Source: an uncultured archaeon
GTDB taxonomy: Archaea > Asgardarchaeota > Hermodarchaeia > Hermodarchaeales > Hermodarchaeaceae
Direction of reading: 5' to 3'
DNA length: 64,000 bases
NCBI GenBank assembly: GCA_964347045.1
Contig: CAYFXC010000004.1
Coordinates: forward strand, 46,465-110,464
In this document: positions 28,130-36,933 of the stretch, in pieces
Layout of the letters: the number at the start of each line of letters is the position of its first letter
Numbering within the stretch: the first letter of the stretch is position 1
Notes under the pieces: generated by a model
The model's input: only the letters and a program-made list of their open reading frames with translations
The model's database searches: none
What the model was told of the DNA's origin: nothing
Made by a program: the position numbers and the translations under genes

Positions 28130-28607
28130 GATAACACCAGCAATTCTTGGCAGTACCCTGGTTTCTATTGATTAAAAACTCATTACTCAACCTAGAGTTT
28201 CTCGCAGCGGGAACCACATGTACTCATTTAGGTATACAAATTGCCTTCTACTACCCTTCTCGCCACAGTTTTTGGTATTTTGTTGAACGATAAGAAGTTG
28301 TTAGTCTGTGAGACGCCAATACGGCTTCATAAGATGCAAAGGCGAATGGTGCCCGTAAATCATAATCGCCTTGTCGACAGAACTTAGTTTATCCAGTGCT
28401 AACGATGCTAACGTTAATCAAAGGATACACCTAAAATTTGTGAGATACTTTGGCAATGATGAAGCTATGAAGCAACAAACAATTGTGTCATCAATCTTAT
28501 TTGATACAATAATTGAGAGCAAATGATTTACTAGTAATGATTCTAAATAACAGAACAAGTTTAAAGGAAGAAGAATCTGTTGGAGAGCCTATAAGGAAGG
28601 AAGGAAG

Positions 28608-29897
28608 ATGTCTAAAAATAGGAAACAGTCTAGAACTCTCCGAAGCTGGTTGATTCTAACTACAACAATTATTGGCATCAGTGTATTTACCATCGGGTTG
28701 TTTTTTAGCATGCTAGTTATGTTCATTGGAGTGATAATTATTAGTGTGGCTTTTTTTGTGTGGTTACAAGGGATAATTGGTCAAGCAAAACGAAAGAGAA
28801 TTGGACGATTAAGATTTGATCTGTTAACGAAGAATATCAATCCCTATGATGCTCTGGAAGTGATGATTGATTATAAAGAGGCTGATGTTGGTCGACAAGA
28901 ACTGAATAGGGAACAAATTCGAGAGGCAGCGACAGTATTACAAAGTAATCGAGAACGAGATCAGAGAACAGCAACATTACGATTACTTATGGCTGGTCCT
29001 CGAAGTGTTCCTTACATTAGAGCTAGTCTCCATAGTATGGATGCAGAAGATATTGAAAAAAGCCTGGTAACACTACGATTTTTTGGGGAAGATGCTTCCT
29101 CAGTTGTTGAACCAGTTACAGAACTTTTGAGCAATGAGCTAGCTGAAATAAGAGGTCATTCTGCCCTTCTTCTCGGAAGAATTGGTTCGGCTGCAAACCC
29201 CGCTGTCCCAATGCTAATTTCGCTTCTCCAAGATTCTGATCCATCAGTGGCTCGTGATGCAGCACTAGCCATAGGCATGATTGGTTTTAAATCCGAAGAA
29301 GCCATAAAGGGATTAAAATCCGCACAAGAACGAGATGATCCACAACTCCAACTTTTTAGCAAGATTGGTTTGGTAAAACTAGGCGAATATTCTGAGGAGA
29401 TTGTTGATGACTTGATTAAAGCCGTTAACGACCGAGATCCGATGAACGTTATTTTTGCCATACAAACATTAGGAGAACTAGGTAATGCCGCGAAGAAAGC
29501 TGAACCAATTCTCCTTCGGTTAGCAACTCATCGTCATCCAGCATTACGTTTAGTTGTAGCTCAAGCGCTGCATAGAATTAAATCAGCACCTGCCCCAATC
29601 GCCGAGGCATTAGTTCGAAATTTACCCCTGCGAAAAGCGGAACCATTTATTCGACGAGACAGTTTCAATCTTTTACAGCAGGTCATTAAGGATGTTCCAG
29701 AAGTTATTCCAATTCTGACTAAACAACTATCAAATCGTGATCCAGTGACAAGAATAATGGCAGCCAGACTTTTGGGGGAATTCGGAGAGGAAGCGAAGGA
29801 AGCTGCATCTGCTCTTGTGAAAATGATGGAAGATCCTCTAATGACCTGTCAATACCATGCCCGTCAAGCCCTAGAAAAAATTTCACCAAGCAGTTAG
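28608..29897 (+). CDS. Membrane-anchored HEAT-repeat (PBS-lyase HEAT-like) protein
   Basis: Two N-terminal TM helices, then repeated about 31-aa units of the type DPSVARDAALAIGMIG, DPMNVIFAIQTLGELG, HPALRLVVAQALHRI, DPVTRIMAARLLGEFG. Confidence 0.65.
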   Translation: MSKNRKQSRTLRSWLILTTTIIGISVFTIGLFFSMLVMFIGVIIISVAFFVWLQGIIGQAKRKRIGRLRFDLLTKNINPYDALEVMIDYKEADVGRQELNREQIREAATVLQSNRERDQRTATLRLLMAGPRSVPYIRASLHSMDAEDIEKSLVTLRFFGEDASSVVEPVTELLSNELAEIRGHSALLLGRIGSAANPAVPMLISLLQDSDPSVARDAALAIGMIGFKSEEAIKGLKSAQERDDPQLQLFSKIGLVKLGEYSEEIVDDLIKAVNDRDPMNVIFAIQTLGELGNAAKKAEPILLRLATHRHPALRLVVAQALHRIKSAPAPIAEALVRNLPLRKAEPFIRRDSFNLLQQVIKDVPEVIPILTKQLSNRDPVTRIMAARLLGEFGEEAKEAASALVKMMEDPLMTCQYHARQALEKISPSS

Positions 29898-29937
29898 AGT
29901 AATTGATTTGACTGGGTAATTTGAAAAATAGATTCGA

Positions 29938-29968
29938 CAAGCAGTTTGCAGTTTTTGCAAACTGCTTG
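29938..29968. terminator. Perfect 13-bp inverted repeat (caagcagtttgca-gtttt-tgcaaactgcttg) between convergent genes
   Basis: Read directly. It sits between the stop of the HEAT gene (29897) and the stop of the RuBisCO-like gene (30007). A T-run in the loop and flank makes it a candidate bidirectional terminator. Confidence 0.45.
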
Positions 29969-30006
29969 ATAGTAAATAGTTGAATTGAATATAGGGATTC
30001 AGTGGG

Positions 30007-31326
30007 TTAACAACCATCCCATCCGAATTCGGGTTGGATTTCTGTGGTGAAACCCTCTACACGAGGATTGAGATATGTACCCCATTTATCAATAGCGAGT
30101 TGAAGTTCCTTCATATTCTTTGGAATATCCTCGAAATTGCCATTTTGCATATATAGATCAACTGCTTGGCGCATTGCTTTTGCTCCATCAATAGAACCAT
30201 TAGGATGGGCGTGTACGCCACCACCCGCTCCTAGAATGATATCAGTTCCAAGTTCATGTAGGTTCACTGGGATCATTCCTGGGTAAACGCCACCTCCAAC
30301 GATAGGCCAATTAGTTTTGATATGATAGAATGGTGCACGAGAGTTAAGAGCAGAAGTTATTTCATCGAAGTAGGGCATGAATAGTTTGCCGTGGCTTGTA
30401 GGAAGGATATACATATCGCCTCCACATAACCGAACAAATTTTGCGATGGTAGGATAATTGAAACCGTGGAAGCCACGATACCACATACCTGCACCAGCAG
30501 GATGAGCAAGAATTGGTACCTTCACTGAAGGAGCCTCTGCGACATCACGAAGTATGGTAAATCCTGTAGCAAGAAAATTTATGTGAAGGGCATTAGCGCC
30601 CATTTCCACCATTTTTTCTGCATTTTCTAAGGTGCGGTGACCATCATCAGAAATATTGATTGTATAAAGTGTCTTTTCACCAGTTTCCGATTCGGCTTTA
30701 TCTAGCGCTTCCATTACGGCAGTGAGTCGATCTTCTAGAAGACAGTTACAGGGTGATTCCATGAGCTCATCGTCCTTGATAATATCAATTCCTCCAAGAG
30801 CGCTTTCATAGCATTGCTCAGCAAAGACCTTAGCTTCCAGACCCACACAGGGTTTTATCATTGTTAGTGTCAAGGGTCGTTCTTTGGCTTTGAGTAGTTC
30901 ACGAACTCCTTCAACGCCAAATTTTGGTCCTTTGAAGGGGGCTGTGAATGATTTAGGAAATTGGACATCAAGGATTCGGACGGCTGTGTTCTTAACATAG
31001 AAGATATTCCCAGCTATAGCGGCCATAAGCTGGGCTACTGAGGGGAGAAAGTTCGCCATCGGAAAACCGATTTGGGCGATGATATTAGTGTAATTTGGTC
31101 CTGGCGTTCGATAGAAACCCAATGTCTTGCCAAGAAATTGCCGACGGACCTCATCGGTCTCACGGGGTACACGAATCCATGTACCGGTTGTTTGTTCGAT
31201 AGACAGACCTTCAACAATGTGTAGTAAGTCAGTCTCTTGTGTTCGAATATGGAAGGTCGTGATAACATAATCTTCGAGATCAATACCTTCTCGAGTTGCT
31301 AATCCTTCAGGTTCATATTTGGGCAT
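30007..31326 (-). CDS. RuBisCO large-subunit-like protein (form III-related RLP with incomplete catalytic set)
   Basis: Collinear with T. kodakarensis form III RuBisCO (EQTTGTW, AGNIF, GGIDIIKDDE, ETGEKT, LGAGGGVHAHPNG, KELQLAIDKWG). However KPK is KPC (K177), HRA is HPA (R295), the H327 position is Ile/Leu, and SGG is GGG (S379). Confidence 0.8.
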   Translation of the reverse strand: MPKYEPEGLATREGIDLEDYVITTFHIRTQETDLLHIVEGLSIEQTTGTWIRVPRETDEVRRQFLGKTLGFYRTPGPNYTNIIAQIGFPMANFLPSVAQLMAAIAGNIFYVKNTAVRILDVQFPKSFTAPFKGPKFGVEGVRELLKAKERPLTLTMIKPCVGLEAKVFAEQCYESALGGIDIIKDDELMESPCNCLLEDRLTAVMEALDKAESETGEKTLYTINISDDGHRTLENAEKMVEMGANALHINFLATGFTILRDVAEAPSVKVPILAHPAGAGMWYRGFHGFNYPTIAKFVRLCGGDMYILPTSHGKLFMPYFDEITSALNSRAPFYHIKTNWPIVGGGVYPGMIPVNLHELGTDIILGAGGGVHAHPNGSIDGAKAMRQAVDLYMQNGNFEDIPKNMKELQLAIDKWGTYLNPRVEGFTTEIQPEFGWDGC

Positions 31327-31488
31327 ATGGGATTAAACCCCCGGTGGTTGGTATGAGAAATCTGGAAGTTCATAAAGTTTTTTGAAATTTTAACTAGAGC
31401 CTATGATACAAATCAACTTTTAAAAAAATCATAGATTGTTTTAAATAGACCATAGACCACATCGCTACAGAAAGGTGGAGGCAGACAG

Positions 31489-31737
31489 ATGGCGAAATCA
31501 TTTAAAAAAGAAAAGAAAGAAACAGCGCATTTACAGGTTCCGAAACATTCTCATTGTGAGCTATGTGGTGCACCAGTCCGTTATGGGATGGAGTATTGTA
31601 ATGCGGAGCACAAAAAATTGTTTGCCAAGAATGCTAGAAATGAACGGCTGAAAAATGCGATTCCGGTAATTTTTGTAATCATTATTGCCGCAGCATCACT
31701 TATAATTTCAATAATGATGTTTGCCCCACCCCCCTGA
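31489..31737 (+). CDS. Small Zn-ribbon protein with C-terminal TM helix (DUF2116-like)
   Basis: 82 aa. HCELCGAPVRYGMEYCNAEHKKLF zinc-ribbon-like motif, then IPVIFVIIIAAASLIISIMMF. Confidence 0.5.
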   Translation: MAKSFKKEKKETAHLQVPKHSHCELCGAPVRYGMEYCNAEHKKLFAKNARNERLKNAIPVIFVIIIAAASLIISIMMFAPPP

Positions 31738-31753
31738 TAAGGATTAAAAGGAT

Positions 31754-33103
31754 TCACCAGGTGGAGAGAGAAGCAACCGCACTGTCAGGAATTCGACCTT
31801 TTTCGACATCACGTAGAGCGGTATCAATGATTTCCAGTGCTCGATCAGCTTCTGATTGTGAGAGATTAAATGCAGGACAAACTCTAAGAACAGATTCGCC
31901 AAGAGTTGTAAGGATAAGACCGAGCTCACCAGCCCGCCAACAAACCTTAGAAGCTTCTAGCCGTGCAGGTTCTCGCGTCTTATGATCTTTAACTAGATCG
32001 ACTCCAATAAGCATTCCTTTACCTCTGACATCACCAATTAGGTGATGATCTCTTCTCATTTCGTCAAAGCGTTTCCGGAGGTACGCGCCCATCTTTTTTC
32101 CCTTATCAATAAGATTGTCTCTCCTGATAGTATCTATTACAGTCAATGCAACCGCGCATACAATTGGATTAGCAATTCCTGTTCCAATCGCGGAAGGAGG
32201 TTTTAGTTCATCTATTACTGAAGCGCGGCCTATGACCCCGCTCAACGGAACTCCCGCAGAAAAGCCCTTACCAAAGGCAACAAGATCAGGGATGAGATTA
32301 TATTGTTCTGATAAGAACCATGAACCGCATCGTCCACACCCAGTTTGGATCTCATCAAGTGCAAATAGCATACCATATTTTTGACAAATTTCCTCAAGGC
32401 CTTTCAACCATTCGGGAGGTGGAAAGATATAGCCTCCATCTGATCCAACTGGTTCAGTAATAATTGCTGCAACTTCTTCTGGGGGTACGAGATGTTTTAG
32501 TACAGTTTTCAAATAGTCCAAGCATGCTAATCCGCAATGAGGATATTCTTGTTTGAAAATGCATCTGTAACAGTCTGCAAATGGAACATGGTAAATCTCT
32601 GGGATAAATGGTCCTAAATACCGACGTTGAACCGTTGAAAAAGCACTCAAGGATAAGGCACCATATAGTGCCCCATAATATCCTTTGAGAAATGTGATGA
32701 TTTTAGTACGCTTTGTTCCAACACGTGCAAGCTTTACTGTAAGATCCATTGCGGCGGCCCCAGCAAGTTGATATATTGTTCTTTTAGTGAAATCGCCAGG
32801 AGGTAACTGATTTAATTTTTCAGCAAGCTCAACAGCTAGTTCATGATACCCGTAGAGAGGTGGGTAATGAATAAGTTGATCCGCTTGTTCTTGAATAGCT
32901 TTCACTACTGCGGGATGCCGATGACCAATAGGAAGAGCAGCTGCTCCGCCTAGAAAGTCAATGTATTCATTTCCATCCTTGTCCCATACTATAGAACCTT
33001 CAGCACGAATAGCCACTACCGGATAATATGCTAACCGGAGTGCTTGACCAATAGCGTTCTTATCACGTTTGACTATTTTCAATCCTTTCCTAACTACTCC
33101 CAT
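31754..33103 (-). CDS. Class III pyridoxal-phosphate aminotransferase (GABA/ornithine-type)
   Basis: GGAAALPIGHRHP, DEIQTGCGRCGSWF, and AFGKGFSAGVPLSGV (PLP-Lys). Confidence 0.85.
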   Translation of the reverse strand: MGVVRKGLKIVKRDKNAIGQALRLAYYPVVAIRAEGSIVWDKDGNEYIDFLGGAAALPIGHRHPAVVKAIQEQADQLIHYPPLYGYHELAVELAEKLNQLPPGDFTKRTIYQLAGAAAMDLTVKLARVGTKRTKIITFLKGYYGALYGALSLSAFSTVQRRYLGPFIPEIYHVPFADCYRCIFKQEYPHCGLACLDYLKTVLKHLVPPEEVAAIITEPVGSDGGYIFPPPEWLKGLEEICQKYGMLFALDEIQTGCGRCGSWFLSEQYNLIPDLVAFGKGFSAGVPLSGVIGRASVIDELKPPSAIGTGIANPIVCAVALTVIDTIRRDNLIDKGKKMGAYLRKRFDEMRRDHHLIGDVRGKGMLIGVDLVKDHKTREPARLEASKVCWRAGELGLILTTLGESVLRVCPAFNLSQSEADRALEIIDTALRDVEKGRIPDSAVASLSTW

Positions 33104-33173
33104 TTAGATCACCTTCAGTTGAACTCTTTTTTAGGATTCAAATATCGTAATAAATTCCATTAGTAGAGGATAT

Positions 33174-34283
33174 TTAGTGTGAATCGTGGAATTCTGTACC
33201 CCAGTTATCGATAGCCAAGATGGCATCTCGAACCATCCCCGGTGAAACTGCTATTGGCATATTTCCCATCGTATCCTTAGGGTCACAGGCTTTTTCAGCA
33301 GCAGTACTAAGGTCATCAACATTGATATCTCCAAGTTGCTTAAGAGTGATAGGAAGCCCTACTTGATGTTCCCATCTCATTATGCGCTCAATTTCTTGGG
33401 GATCACGGTTTTCTAGCACCATTTGTACTAATACACAGAACGCCACAATTTCACCATGATTAGCTTTTACTCCAGAGATAAACGTCAAACCATTATGAAT
33501 AGCATGTGCTGCGGCTAAACCTGTACTTTCAGCACAAAGACTACTTAGAAGTTTGATGGATTCGAAGATTCGTTCAACATATGGAGTAACTAGTTTCTGT
33601 TCAAGGTCCTTAGCTGCTCGATATCCATAGGTGAGTAAATTATATTCACATAACTCTCCAATCCAAGGTGAAACAGCAGTAGGACGACCAAACAAAAGAC
33701 TGGAAGCATTCGGTTGAGCAACACAAGCTTTTGCTTCAATATTAGCCCCTAGTGCATCACCCATTCCCCAGACCGTAAATTTGGCTGGAGCTGTGACAAG
33801 GATTTCTGGATCAACTAAAACTAAATCTGGATTTTTAGGATAAAAGAGATATTCAAGCCATTCATGCTTCTCAGTATAAATGACAGATAAGGCGCTAGCA
33901 TCAGCGTTGGTTGCACATTGTGTTGGTACACATGCAACGGGTAGTTTTAGCTTGTACGCAACTGCTTTCGCAGTATCAACAGCTACTCCACCACCTACAC
34001 CAATGATGACATCAGCTTTTTCCTTTTTTCCAATCTCACTCAGACGGTCAATTGTTGGATAAGTGGTCATTCGGACAGTATTATCTAATGCTACGATGCT
34101 GGTGTCAAACTGGTGAAGACTCTTTTCGATTCGCTTTTTCGTTATACTCAAAGCAGTTTTTCCACCCAAAATCAACGCTTGTTGGCCAATTTTACTAATA
34201 TGTGCACCAAGTTCATCCAGAGAACCACGTCCCTGAACATATCGACTAGCAGACCCGAATATTTTCATTTGACTTGGTTCCAA
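33174..34283 (-). CDS. Glycerol dehydrogenase-family (GldA-like, Zn/Fe-dependent) oxidoreductase
   Basis: SRYVQGRGSL, IGVGGGVAVDTAKAVA, metal ligands in AAAHAIHNGLT and NHGEIVAFCVLVQ. This is the GldA pattern, distinct from the G1PDH at 36934-38007. Confidence 0.75.
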   Translation of the reverse strand: MEPSQMKIFGSASRYVQGRGSLDELGAHISKIGQQALILGGKTALSITKKRIEKSLHQFDTSIVALDNTVRMTTYPTIDRLSEIGKKEKADVIIGVGGGVAVDTAKAVAYKLKLPVACVPTQCATNADASALSVIYTEKHEWLEYLFYPKNPDLVLVDPEILVTAPAKFTVWGMGDALGANIEAKACVAQPNASSLLFGRPTAVSPWIGELCEYNLLTYGYRAAKDLEQKLVTPYVERIFESIKLLSSLCAESTGLAAAHAIHNGLTFISGVKANHGEIVAFCVLVQMVLENRDPQEIERIMRWEHQVGLPITLKQLGDINVDDLSTAAEKACDPKDTMGNMPIAVSPGMVRDAILAIDNWGTEFHDSH

Positions 34284-34415
34284 TTAATTTCACCTGGTAT
34301 GATGATTTAGCGCAGTGCTTTTGGAAGCAACTTCTATAAGTAATTCACGCAAATGGAATCTTCAAGTTTTATAATTCCCATAAACACTTTAGACTAAAAG
34401 TAGATATTTAGACTC

Positions 34416-35792
34416 ATGACTCCAATTTGGTTTCCAAAAAATGATGAGATTTCAACTCTACTATGTGGTTCTTATCGAACTGATGTAAATGGTTGGATCC
34501 GTATACATCTTTGTGGTGACAACAGACAAATGGGATTCCAACACGGATATTGGCTCGCTCACGAGATTCAGGCAAATGTTAAACAGACTGGTATGTTTCT
34601 GGACAAGGCAGAAAATTACCCTTGGAAGAAGTTCCGATCTGATGCAGAAAAGATATGTTGGCACATGACACCAGAGAGTCTTCAAGAAGAGATTCAAGGT
34701 GTTGAGGCAGGAATGCGACTCCGAGGTATCAAGGATACCTCTTGGAAAGACATTCTCGCAATAAACGCATATGGTGACACACTTTCTTGTCATTATGCAA
34801 AGGAGCACGAAAAAAAACGAGATACCAGTAGAAAAAGTGGTCATTGTAGTGCCTTCATCGCAACCGGAAAAGCAACAAAAGATAGACGAATCGTTCTTTG
34901 TCACAACACTTGGTTTTCCTATATTATTGGAACGACCTATAACATCATGATGAGCCTGAGTCCCTCTGAAGGTCATAAAATGTTTATTCATACATGGCCT
35001 GGAGCGATAGGTGGTGCAACAATTGATTGGGATATGAATGCAGCAGGGATTATGTGTGCAGAGACAACAATTACTGGAGCAAGTAAATTCAAACTAGATG
35101 AAATTCCCTATTTTGTTCGAGGTCGATTGGCAATTCAGTTTGCAGATTCAATTGATGAGTGGATGAAAATGATGATTGAAGGTAATAATGGGGGATGGGC
35201 TAACGCCTATTTAGTTGGAGATGCTAAAACAGATGAAATTGGATGGTTAGAACTGGGAATCTTTGAGCACGCCATTCGTCGAACTCGAAACGGGTATTTT
35301 GTAGGTGCCAATTGGGCGTTGGATGATGCTGTAAAATCAGAATGTGTTGGAGTAAGTTTTGATGAAAAAGCCGCTCATTCCTGTGCATCAAGAACCCATC
35401 GTCTCCTTCAACTGATGGAAAAATTTGATGGGAAAATAGATATTAGTATCGCAAAACAGATAATCAGCGACCACTATGATGTATCCTTAGATAAGGACCA
35501 ACCTTCGGCGAATACTATTTGTGGTCATACAGAATTTGATGAAAGGGGATTGAAAGAATGGAAATGTGGTCCTTTTGAACCATTTGGGGCAACGGATGCG
35601 AAAGTTGTTACGAGCACCTTAAATGAAAATGGCTCATGGTGGGCACACTGGGGTCCTGCGTGTAACATTCATTTTGATTCAAAGGAGTTTTTTTCAAAAC
35701 ACCCAGAATATGGATGGCAGGAACCATATACTCGTAATATTACACCCTATCCTTGGACACTGTTTAGTGCCGATGAGAATTGGAAGAGATAG
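34416..35792 (+). CDS. Phospholipase B-like (PLBD/LAMA, PF04916-like) Ntn-hydrolase
   Basis: SGHCSAFIATGKATKDRRIVLCHNTWFSY versus human PLBD2 GDHCSALIKLLPGQSDLLVAHNTWNNY. Also TWPGAIGG..DW....GIMCAETTI versus SYPGTIFSCDDFY..GLVTLETTI, NNGGWANAYLVGD versus NSGTYNNQWMIVD, and a late GATDAKV versus GGIDVKV. Confidence 0.6.
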   Translation: MTPIWFPKNDEISTLLCGSYRTDVNGWIRIHLCGDNRQMGFQHGYWLAHEIQANVKQTGMFLDKAENYPWKKFRSDAEKICWHMTPESLQEEIQGVEAGMRLRGIKDTSWKDILAINAYGDTLSCHYAKEHEKKRDTSRKSGHCSAFIATGKATKDRRIVLCHNTWFSYIIGTTYNIMMSLSPSEGHKMFIHTWPGAIGGATIDWDMNAAGIMCAETTITGASKFKLDEIPYFVRGRLAIQFADSIDEWMKMMIEGNNGGWANAYLVGDAKTDEIGWLELGIFEHAIRRTRNGYFVGANWALDDAVKSECVGVSFDEKAAHSCASRTHRLLQLMEKFDGKIDISIAKQIISDHYDVSLDKDQPSANTICGHTEFDERGLKEWKCGPFEPFGATDAKVVTSTLNENGSWWAHWGPACNIHFDSKEFFSKHPEYGWQEPYTRNITPYPWTLFSADENWKR

Positions 35793-35839
35793 CGGCAAAT
35801 GCATTATTCGGAGAAGAATTGGTTCAATAGAATGAGCGA

Positions 35840-36799
35840 CTATCCTTGAGTTAACATGAAATCTTTGACCTTTCTTCCTTCAATATCAATGATAGCGCCG
35901 CGAAGGACTCCTTCAAGATATTCACTACCAGGATTGATAGCCAATGTTTTCCCGATTTTTTGAAACCCTCTTGATTCATGGATATGTCCATGCAAACTAA
36001 GCAAAGGATGATATTTTTCTATTGCCGCCCGAACGGCTTTACTCCCCACGGGATGATCTTCAATTCGACCTCCTTTAGTTTGCACCTGAAGTTCTCCTTT
36101 GATCGTTTCTTTCAATACAGGACAGAGGTCTAAAGTTGAATCAAATGGAGGAACATGCATATTAAAGATTGATAACTCAGGATTCTTCAACTGGGAGGTC
36201 AATGCTTCAATGAGTTCCTCTAATTTATCTTCTGGAAGGTCTCGTGGACATTCCCAAGGCGTCACATTTCCATGCCCAATAGAGATCATTTCGTGTTCGT
36301 TGTCAATCATCACAACTTTCCCATCAGGATTCACCACGTAGTCAGAAGAGTTTAATGTGGCGTCAATATCAAGTCGATCATCATTACCTGGACATACAAA
36401 CATCTTAATTTCTGATTCACCAAGTCTTTCCTCTGCCAACCTCAGCCATCGGTCTAGTTCATTTTGCATTACTTTACTGAATAGTTTATCAACCGCGGCT
36501 TTATTCTCGTGTAATTTCTGGATTTCATTCGTAGATGCGACATATGGATAATACCCACTATTTCTAATAGTTTGAAGAAGTTGTTCATACTCTTCTTGCG
36601 AACTAATCTCGTATGTCTTATTCATGAACGTTGTCGAATATTGATCACCATCTTGTTTAATCGGAATGATTGCCTTACCAGTGATATCTCCACCCATAAT
36701 CACCACATTGGCTTTGTAAAAAGGTCCTGCGTTAACGAATTTCCTCCAACAACGTTCTGAACCATGAATATCTGTCGTGAAAAAAATACGCGTTTTCAT
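35840..36799 (-). CDS. Calcineurin-like metallophosphoesterase
   Basis: Ordered motifs DIHGS, GGDITGK, GNDD, NMHVPP, and LHGHIHE. Confidence 0.8.
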   Translation of the reverse strand: MKTRIFFTTDIHGSERCWRKFVNAGPFYKANVVIMGGDITGKAIIPIKQDGDQYSTTFMNKTYEISSQEEYEQLLQTIRNSGYYPYVASTNEIQKLHENKAAVDKLFSKVMQNELDRWLRLAEERLGESEIKMFVCPGNDDRLDIDATLNSSDYVVNPDGKVVMIDNEHEMISIGHGNVTPWECPRDLPEDKLEELIEALTSQLKNPELSIFNMHVPPFDSTLDLCPVLKETIKGELQVQTKGGRIEDHPVGSKAVRAAIEKYHPLLSLHGHIHESRGFQKIGKTLAINPGSEYLEGVLRGAIIDIEGRKVKDFMLTQG

Positions 36800-36933
36800 T
36801 TACATAAATCACCACTAGAATTCTCAGCTTTAGATCGGAATTCGATGAGCAACAAGAGAATCTTGGAGCGATAGCTGACTCTGTTGATTAAAAGATTTTC
36901 GAATCCGTAAACATTTGAGAAAGGCTAAAGAGT

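Noticed and set aside
34461-34991. 176-aa minus ORF inside the PLBD-like gene
   Set aside because: Antisense shadow. The plus frame carries the family motifs.
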